This document shows, piece after piece, positions 57,567-64,000 of a stretch of 64,000 nt of DNA. The notes beneath the pieces were generated by a model. It did not search any database and was not told the origin of the DNA. It worked only from the letters and a program-made list of their open reading frames with translations. This stretch comes from Vicinamibacterales bacterium. Lineage in GTDB: Bacteria > Acidobacteriota > Vicinamibacteria > Vicinamibacterales > CAVVIG01. The stretch lies in the NCBI GenBank assembly GCA_040081555.1, contig JBEBGG010000001.1, positions 5,622 through 69,621 of the forward strand, in the 5' to 3' direction. The first letter of the stretch is position 1. Every line of letters begins with the position of its first letter. The translations under genes and the position numbers were made by a program.

Positions 57567-58255
57567 TGCCGTGCCGCGCCTCCCTTGGTGGCTCTGACGT
57601 AGAGATTGGTCCGGAAGCGCAGGGGTAGGCGATCAGGGTTCACGAGGTGAAGCAACGCCAGTCCGAGCGGCCCGAGGTGCTGTCTGACTTTGGCGCGGAA
57701 GAAGTCGTTGACCACCGGGATGTCGAAGGCCTCGATGTCGACGAAGCCGTGACGGGTGAAGCGGGCGATCAGTTCGCCAAGCGAGTGCAACGAGCAATGG
57801 TCGTCGCGCCAGCCCAGACCGCGCCAGCGGATCGTTTCGAAGACGGCATTGGTCCACTTGTTTGGCGTCTGGATCAAATAGGAACCGCCGTCTCTCAGCA
57901 CGCGAGTCACCTCTCGGAGGTGCGCATCAGAGTCTTTGATGTGTTCGAATACGTCGAAGCTCAGGACGGTGTCGAATGACTTGTCGGCGAAGGGCAGCGC
58001 TGTACCTTCGACCCTGGTGATCGAGAGAGGCCCATAGCGGGCGAGAGCCTGTTCGATAAATTCCTGCCGACGCTCCACACCCGCAACCCGGTGTCCGCGT
58101 TCGTGAAGACGGTGCAGCAAGGTGCCCATCCCGGTGCCAATTTCCAGCACATCGGCCGGCGTCTTGAGCACGCCGGTGTCGTCGATGAATCGGAGATTTG
58201 CGTCGAGATTGCCGAACTGTTTCGGGCGGGAGTCGGCGTCGGTGGTGGGCATCAT
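57563..58255 (-). CDS. Class I SAM-dependent methyltransferase
   Basis: VLEIGTGMGTLL motif I and LRDGGSYLIQTPN. The ATG at 58255 overlaps the flippase stop (ATGA). Confidence 0.87.
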   Translation of the reverse strand: MMPTTDADSRPKQFGNLDANLRFIDDTGVLKTPADVLEIGTGMGTLLHRLHERGHRVAGVERRQEFIEQALARYGPLSITRVEGTALPFADKSFDTVLSFDVFEHIKDSDAHLREVTRVLRDGGSYLIQTPNKWTNAVFETIRWRGLGWRDDHCSLHSLGELIARFTRHGFVDIEAFDIPVVNDFFRAKVRQHLGPLGLALLHLVNPDRLPLRFRTNLYVRATKGGAARQ

Positions 58256-59499
58256 GCGCGACTCGGGAGATGTCGCCACAGTTGAGCGACCAGCAGGGCG
58301 ACGGTCACGGCTTCGGCAGCGACGGTGGCTGAGGCCGCACCAGTGATTCCCCAGCGGGGAATCAGCACCAGATTCAACACGACATTGGTGGCGAGCCCAA
58401 TGGCCGTGGTCAGCAGCAGGCGACGGTCGAGATTGGTGGCCACCGCCACGCCGTGCAGGATCCAGGTGCAGAAAATGAAGAGCGCGCCGCCAGAGAGCAC
58501 GCGTAGCGGCGCGACCGCCTCTTCAAACGCGTCACCAAACAAGACATGCACGATCGGTCTGGCGGCCAGCGCCACGGTGCCACCCAGGACGATGCCCAGG
58601 AGCGCGGCTGCCGCGACAGACCGATTCACCATGGCGCGGACTCGACTCCTGTCGTGAACGAACAGATACGACAGACGCGGAGTGACCAGGGCAGCGACGA
58701 TCGAAGGTGGGTAGGTAATGCCTTCGTAGATGCGATACGCCGCGCTGTACCAGCCCGTTTCGACGTTGCTCCGTGTCGCGCCGAGAATCACCGTGTCGAC
58801 GTAGTTGTAGAGATTCAGCGAAATCATGAAGAACCCGAGTGGGAGCGCGGCCGCCTGGAGGTCCTTCCAGATCTGGCGGTCGAAGGTCGGCCTCGCGCCT
58901 CCAGCGTTAGCGGTCAGGCGTCCCAACAATAGCGTGACGCCGGCCCCCATGACGATGCGCGCGACGACAAAGGCAATCCCGAGCGCAACGACGTTATGGT
59001 ACGCGGCCAAGGCGAACACGCCCAGCCCCAACAGCAGGACGCGATCGGAGACGACCACGAGTGCCTCGAGGTCGAACCGATTGAGCCCCTGGAGGTAGCC
59101 GCGTGCGGTCAGAAAGTACGAACGAATGGCCGCGGAGATGCCGAGGGCGTAGCACAGCCGGGCGACGACCAGGTCCGTTCGCAGCAGCGTCGGTACGGTG
59201 GCGATGAGCACCAGCCCACCCGCAATCCACGCCAGTTTCAGGCCGAGGACGTGGCGCAGCAGCGCAGGCGCGCCGCCGTGATCGCGCGCCACCTCACGCA
59301 CCGTGACGTGCGCCAGCCCGATATCCATCACGGTTTCAATCACCGTGGCGATGGCCAACGCGTACGAGAAACGCCCGTAGTCGTCGACGCTGAGGAACCG
59401 GCCCGCCACCAGCAAGAGCACCAAGAGCAGTCCCGCGCTTCCCGCGCTCGCGGTTGCGTAGAGCCCGTTTGCCATGTCGCGCGTTGACAGCGTTCCCAC
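58252..59499 (-). CDS. MOP-superfamily oligosaccharide/polysaccharide flippase (Wzx-like)
   Basis: About 12 TM helices with a Wzx/polysaccharide-biosynthesis-protein-like N terminus. GTG at 59499 lies next to the GT2 stop. An alternative ATG is at 59475. Confidence 0.8.
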   Translation of the reverse strand: MGTLSTRDMANGLYATASAGSAGLLLVLLLVAGRFLSVDDYGRFSYALAIATVIETVMDIGLAHVTVREVARDHGGAPALLRHVLGLKLAWIAGGLVLIATVPTLLRTDLVVARLCYALGISAAIRSYFLTARGYLQGLNRFDLEALVVVSDRVLLLGLGVFALAAYHNVVALGIAFVVARIVMGAGVTLLLGRLTANAGGARPTFDRQIWKDLQAAALPLGFFMISLNLYNYVDTVILGATRSNVETGWYSAAYRIYEGITYPPSIVAALVTPRLSYLFVHDRSRVRAMVNRSVAAAALLGIVLGGTVALAARPIVHVLFGDAFEEAVAPLRVLSGGALFIFCTWILHGVAVATNLDRRLLLTTAIGLATNVVLNLVLIPRWGITGAASATVAAEAVTVALLVAQLWRHLPSRA

Positions 59500-59500
59500 C

Positions 59501-60553
59501 TCAGGTCCGGAGTACGGTCGAACGCAAGAGGCGCCAGTAGCCGTTCAGGAAGGCCTCGTAGGCGTTCTTGCCGATCCTGACGAGCGGATGCGAGGACAGA
59601 TCATCGCGGATGATCAGCGAGCCGCTCTGCAGCAGTGCGGCGTCGTTGCAGGTCCGTATCCGCCGTGTCAGCCGGCGATCGCGCGGCAGTGCCGGCAACA
59701 TCGCGAGCAGCCCCCACACGGCCCTGGCGTAGGTTCGACCGTGGCCCTTGGCCAGCAGCACGGCCAACTGCAGCGGCTCGTGGATGAGCAGGCAGGGGAG
59801 GATCAGCAGCAGCGTGCGCTTCTGATAGTTCTTCAGCATGAAGTGCCAGCGGTTTCTGATCTGAAAGTAGAACAGCCACGTGCCGCGCGGCCGGCTGCGA
59901 TGCTGCACCAGTGCGTCGGGCAGTTCGCGAATCAGGAACCCCGCGAGGCAGATCCGGTGCGTGAAGTCTCCGTCCTCCTTGCCGATGAAGTAGCGCTCGT
60001 CAAAGAGACCGACATCGATGGCGACGGCGCGATCCAGAAGCAGAGCGCAGGTCGGCGCCGCGAGGATGTTGGCCGGCACCGTTCCCCGGTCCGAAAGCTT
60101 TCGATCCAGCCAGGGGTTGATCGCCTCGCAGATGAAATGAATCGCGCCGCCTGCGTACTGGATCACGTCTGGCTGACCGACGTGCACGACGATCGGGCTG
60201 CCGACCGCGATGCGGCGGTCGGCCACCATGGCCGCGTGCAGGCGCTGCGTGGCGTCTGGACTGACCGTCACGTCCGCGTCCATCAGCAACACGAAGGGGG
60301 TGGTCGCCTCGACGATGCCGACATTGCGGCCAGGACTCGGTCCGTCGTTGCGCGTCAATCGCCGCACGCGCACGTCAGGCCAGTGCGTGGCCAGCCATTG
60401 GCCTGTGCCGTCCGTACTGGCGACGTCGACGACCGTGATGGCAGAAGCGCTGCAACCCGCTGCGGCCAGCGAGGCCAGGGTGCCCGGGAGCGATGCCAGG
60501 TTGTTGTGAGAGACGATGGCAACGCCGACGTCTTCGGGGAACGATCCGTTCAT
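59501..60553 (-). CDS. GT2-family glycosyltransferase (soluble, WbbL/rhamnosyltransferase-like)
   Basis: VAIVSHNN, VVDVASTDGT, NDGPSPGRN and LLMDADV (DxD) motifs. Confidence 0.86.
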   Translation of the reverse strand: MNGSFPEDVGVAIVSHNNLASLPGTLASLAAAGCSASAITVVDVASTDGTGQWLATHWPDVRVRRLTRNDGPSPGRNVGIVEATTPFVLLMDADVTVSPDATQRLHAAMVADRRIAVGSPIVVHVGQPDVIQYAGGAIHFICEAINPWLDRKLSDRGTVPANILAAPTCALLLDRAVAIDVGLFDERYFIGKEDGDFTHRICLAGFLIRELPDALVQHRSRPRGTWLFYFQIRNRWHFMLKNYQKRTLLLILPCLLIHEPLQLAVLLAKGHGRTYARAVWGLLAMLPALPRDRRLTRRIRTCNDAALLQSGSLIIRDDLSSHPLVRIGKNAYEAFLNGYWRLLRSTVLRT

Positions 60554-60611
60554 CGTGGTTGGGTCGCCTTGTGGCTGCCCGCCAGCCGGTCACTGTGGCG
60601 CAAGGTATTAC

Positions 60612-60617
60612 TATAAT
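60612..60617 (+). promoter_or_regulatory. Perfect TATAAT hexamer 6 nt upstream of the proposed GTG start at 60624. Possible -10 of a leaderless transcript.
   Basis: Read directly (ctataatcggttggtg). The -35 position reads GTCACT, a poor match. Confidence 0.35.
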
Positions 60618-60623
60618 CGGTTG

Positions 60624-62525
60624 GTGACCGCACATACGTCGGCAGGGTCAGCGGGCTCGCCGCCATTCGTCAGGCTCGCCGGCGTTCTGCTGGTCACAGT
60701 CCTCATCGCCGCCGCCCTGTCGATTGACGTCCCTCGCACCGCCTACAAGATCAAGAGCGACGAGGCGACGTATGTCGCGATGACGCTCAGCGTGGCGTTT
60801 GATCACGACTTTGCCTACGAGCGGCGGGATCTCGAACGTTTCTGGAAACTCTACGAACAGGGGCCTGAGGGCATTTTCCTGAAGCGGGGCAAGCATCTCG
60901 GCGCGAGCGTGGACGCCCGGCCGCCGTTTGTGCATCTCGAGACCGCGAATGACTCGCGCGGCGACCGGCTGTACTTTGGCAAGTCGATGACCTACGCCGT
61001 TGTGGCGGCGCCGTTGGTCCGACTGTTTGGCCTGAACGGTTTCTATGTGCTCCATGTGCTGCTGCTGGCTCTGGTCGGCGCCTGCGGCTACACGTTTCTC
61101 TCCGCCACCTCTGAACCAGGTCCCGCGCTGGCGTTCACGCTCGCGTTCGTCGCTGCCTCCGCGATGCTGATCTATGGCGTGTTTCTCATGCCGGACCTGC
61201 TGAACGCGGCCTTGGTGTTTGTGGCCTACTTCCTCTGGCTATACAAGGAGTCCCGGCTTCCTCGATGGAGGATCTGCGGCGGAGACATATCCGACCTGTT
61301 GGCGGCGGGTCTCCTGGCCGCGGCGACCTATTCGAAGCCGACCAACGCGCCATTGATCGCGCCGTTGGTCCTCCTGCTGGCATTCCGTCAGCGGTGGCGC
61401 CACGCGTGTGTGACCGGTACCGTGTTTGTCGTCGCGACGGGGCTCCTGTTTGGGCTGAACGCGGCGGTGTCCGGCGAATTCAACTATCAGGGGGGCGATC
61501 GGAAGACGTTCTACGGCTCATTTCCGTTCGAGACCTCGCGCGATGTCTGGGCCGAGAAGACCGATCTCGCCTCCACCAACAACGCCGACACGGAGAACGT
61601 GCTCGAGACCTCGGGACTGGCGAGCCGGTTCCTTCACAACGTCGAGTACTTCATGGTCGGTCGGCACTTCGGTTTTGTGCCGTACTACTTTCCTGGCGTT
61701 GTCGCGCTGCTGGCGTTGGCGCTGTCCCGCCGGCGATTCGAGTCCCATCGGGTGCTCGTGGTCGGTGGTGCGGTGGTGGCGGTGGTGGTGCTCTTGCTGT
61801 TTCTGCCGTACACGTGGAGCGGTGGCGGTGGGCCTCCGGGCAATCGCTACTTTCTAAGCATCTACCCCGTGCTGTTTTTCGTCATCCCGAAGGTCAGCAC
61901 TTGGCACGTGGTGCTGGCGTGGGTGGGCGGCGCGCTCTTCACGGCAAAGATCCTGGTGAGCCCCTTCGCTTTGGCCCGGAACACGTGGGAGATCGCGGAG
62001 CACGGCTTTGCCAGGTATCTGCCCGTCGAGTTGACGATGTCGAACGACTTGCCGTTAATGCTGGCGCAGCCGCCGCGGGGAAGGATCCCGTACCGGGTCG
62101 GCTCCGAGGTGTTTCTGTATTTTCTGGACGGCAATGCCTATCCGCCTGAACCGGTGGACACTCGGGCCGATGGCTCAGTGGTCTACGGCATGTGGGTCAG
62201 TGGTCATGGGCGCGCCGACATCCTCGTCAGGACCGATTACCCAGTGCAGGCGCTGGCGTTTGAAGCGAGTTCCCCTATTCGCACTCGGCTCGTCGTGTCG
62301 GTCGGCGGACCGTCCGTGGCCGTGGCCATTGAAGCGGGGAAGACCGCGGTGTTCACGGTTCCCGTGCGCGGGGTGCCCGGGTGGCACGACTTCAACTACT
62401 TGATGAGCGCTCGTTCCGAGGAGGGCTTTGTCCCTCGACTGATCGACCCTTCGAGCGGGGACTCCAGAAATCTTGGTGTCAACGTCAGGTTTCGACCCAT
62501 TGGCTCCCAGGAGGGCGCGCGCTAG
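60624..62525 (+). CDS. ArnT/PMT_2-like GT-C membrane glycosyltransferase
   Basis: First-loop motif KSDEATYVAMTLSVAFDHDF, more than 10 TM helices and a C-terminal soluble domain. Start set at GTG 60624 (TTG at 60621 also possible). The ORF upstream of this overlaps the divergent GT2 gene. Confidence 0.62.
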   Translation: MTAHTSAGSAGSPPFVRLAGVLLVTVLIAAALSIDVPRTAYKIKSDEATYVAMTLSVAFDHDFAYERRDLERFWKLYEQGPEGIFLKRGKHLGASVDARPPFVHLETANDSRGDRLYFGKSMTYAVVAAPLVRLFGLNGFYVLHVLLLALVGACGYTFLSATSEPGPALAFTLAFVAASAMLIYGVFLMPDLLNAALVFVAYFLWLYKESRLPRWRICGGDISDLLAAGLLAAATYSKPTNAPLIAPLVLLLAFRQRWRHACVTGTVFVVATGLLFGLNAAVSGEFNYQGGDRKTFYGSFPFETSRDVWAEKTDLASTNNADTENVLETSGLASRFLHNVEYFMVGRHFGFVPYYFPGVVALLALALSRRRFESHRVLVVGGAVVAVVVLLLFLPYTWSGGGGPPGNRYFLSIYPVLFFVIPKVSTWHVVLAWVGGALFTAKILVSPFALARNTWEIAEHGFARYLPVELTMSNDLPLMLAQPPRGRIPYRVGSEVFLYFLDGNAYPPEPVDTRADGSVVYGMWVSGHGRADILVRTDYPVQALAFEASSPIRTRLVVSVGGPSVAVAIEAGKTAVFTVPVRGVPGWHDFNYLMSARSEEGFVPRLIDPSSGDSRNLGVNVRFRPIGSQEGAR

Positions 62526-62703
62526 CCGACAGGGCAACGTCGACCGACGGCCGACTGGGGACAAACGTCTCCGTTCACGCCATGTTCCAGTTATACTGGC
62601 TGCGCTAAATTCAACGGAATTTTACTATCCCACACTGCGGCGTGTGATTGCGTCGCTGGCGATGCGGTTCGAATGCGTGTGGTAGGCCGCCGTCCTGGAG
62701 ACC

Positions 62704-63390
62704 ATGATGATCTGTGTTCGAAGAAAGGCCGCCCTCGTGGTGGCTGGGCTTGTGTTCTGTGGCTTGATGGAGCGGGAGGCTCAGGCGCAGGTGGTGCCAG
62801 ACGGGCCATATTCCGCTCAGGTGGACGCTGGCCTGACAGTCGGCAACCACGAGGCCTTGGCGTCCGGATTTGAGCTGGGGTGGTGGCTGAGGAAGGATCT
62901 CAAGATCTTCGCTGAAGCGAACTGGATGCTGAACGTCGCCTCCAGTGATCTGGACGCACGCGCCGGCATCATCGCCGAGGCGATCGGCGGCACGGCAGCG
63001 ATGGAAGCGCATGTGACCATTGTTGACCTGGGCGTCCGCTACGCGTTCCGCGCTCCGTCATTCCTCAGTCTCGACACCCTACAGCCGTTCGTGCTGGCGG
63101 GTGCAGGGATCGCCCGATTCGAGGCTCGTCCGTCATTCACCGTCGGCGGCACGGACGTGACCAGTACCCTGTTTGACACCTACCGCGCCCGGTTGGGTCT
63201 TGACCTCGATGGTTACCTCACCAAGGCGGTGTTTGTGGTCGGTGGCGGCGCCACGATGCCGCTGACGTCCAGATATTTCATCGAGGGCAGCGTCCGGTAC
63301 GGCCACATCTTCCCGAGGAAGGCCGTCATCGCCAACGACACGGCGACCCCAACCACGCGGTTTCAGGCGAGTTTTGGAGCCAGATTTTGA
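62704..63390 (+). CDS. Small outer-membrane beta-barrel protein, paralog of 52759..53406
   Basis: Signal peptide ending EAQAQ and C-terminal ASFGARF. Shared blocks QPFVLAGAGIARF / RPYVLGAVGVARV and TVGGTDVTSTL / ALGGKDVTGAL. Confidence 0.78.
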   Translation: MMICVRRKAALVVAGLVFCGLMEREAQAQVVPDGPYSAQVDAGLTVGNHEALASGFELGWWLRKDLKIFAEANWMLNVASSDLDARAGIIAEAIGGTAAMEAHVTIVDLGVRYAFRAPSFLSLDTLQPFVLAGAGIARFEARPSFTVGGTDVTSTLFDTYRARLGLDLDGYLTKAVFVVGGGATMPLTSRYFIEGSVRYGHIFPRKAVIANDTATPTTRFQASFGARF

Positions 63391-63419
63391 CTCTCCGTTC
63401 CAGTCGAGGGAATTTCGGA

Positions 63420-64000
63420 ATGACCAAATTCGTGAGCAACGCACCACTCTCGTATCTTGTGATGTTGGTGCTGGTGGGGGCCACGGCCTGTACTAGCACG
63501 ACGCAGCCAGATCCAGGATCGTCCACGTCAGTCGCCAAGCCGACGGTCTCCGCGACGACGCCGTCGCTGACATCGCCGCCCTCGGAGGCCCAGCTCTCGT
63601 TTGCGAGCCAGCCAATTACGCTCACTGTCGGCAATGCGGTCTCGACGGCCGAGGGCGCTCCCACCTACATCTTCGAGGTGTCCACCAATCCGGCGTTTTC
63701 GTCGTTTGTTTCGCGAACGACCGGCGTTGCGGAGGGAGCGGGTGGGCGCACGTCCCTGACCCTGAGCAAGCTGGCTGGTGCGACGACATATTACTGGCGC
63801 GCCCTGATTACCGCCGCAGGCGAATCAGGCCCCGTTTCGTCTGTGGCCGTGTTCACAATTGGTCCAGAGGTCGTGCTACAGGCGCCCGAACTGCTCACGC
63901 CGAACGCGGGAAGTAATGTGTCGGACCGCCCCGTTTTGGTGTTGAAGAATGCCCAACGTACCGGCCCGGCCGGTGAGCTGCTCTACGAGGTCGAGGTCTC
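63420..64000 (+). CDS. Probable lipoprotein, paralog of 51479..52678. The 3' end runs off the window.
   Basis: Absent from the ORF track because no stop lies within the window. ATG at 63420, signal peptide plus GATAC, then PTYIFEVSTNPAFSS...TTYYWRA and NAQRTGPAGELLYEVEV, matching the two repeats of the earlier lipoprotein. Confidence 0.7.
   Translation, partial: MTKFVSNAPLSYLVMLVLVGATACTSTTQPDPGSSTSVAKPTVSATTPSLTSPPSEAQLSFASQPITLTVGNAVSTAEGAPTYIFEVSTNPAFSSFVSRTTGVAEGAGGRTSLTLSKLAGATTYYWRALITAAGESGPVSSVAVFTIGPEVVLQAPELLTPNAGSNVSDRPVLVLKNAQRTGPAGELLYEVEV

Overview
High-GC bacterial chromosomal segment. The gene content and the many carboxypeptidase-regulatory-like repeat proteins suggest an Acidobacteriota-like organism, but that is inference only. 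I support about 57 protein-coding genes and one tRNA-Phe. I saw no rRNA, CRISPR array, transposase, integrase or prophage genes. Left to right: (1) the 3' part of a giant secreted repeat protein. (2) A minus-strand heat-shock operon, hspR / J-domain protein / clpB / ftsH, with a near-consensus promoter. (3) Housekeeping genes: TerC, PBP1A, Hsp15-like, L-lactate permease, Yip1, a Rieske protein, recA, thiolase / 3-hydroxybutyryl-CoA dehydrogenase, maf, aroA, aroK, suhB-like. This block also holds an unusual J-domain / zinc-ribbon / PilZ fusion. (4) A rearranged System I cytochrome c maturation cluster, ccmE, ccmF::ccmH, two extra genes, then ccmABCD. Its CcmE has CxxxY instead of HxxxY. (5) From about 39.5 kb to the window end, an envelope-glycosylation region with several putative ArnT/PMT-like GT-C membrane glycosyltransferases. 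These are interleaved with a polyprenyl-phosphate GT2, a DedA protein, a UPF0104-methyltransferase fusion, a MOP flippase, a second GT2, methyltransferases, three small outer-membrane beta-barrels, an HYR-SGNH hydrolase and two paralogous repeat lipoproteins. The most interesting candidate is the recurring module of GT-C glycosyltransferase + small OM barrel + repeat lipoprotein. All functional calls come from motif recognition by eye on the supplied translations. No database search was run. Many start codons are uncertain.
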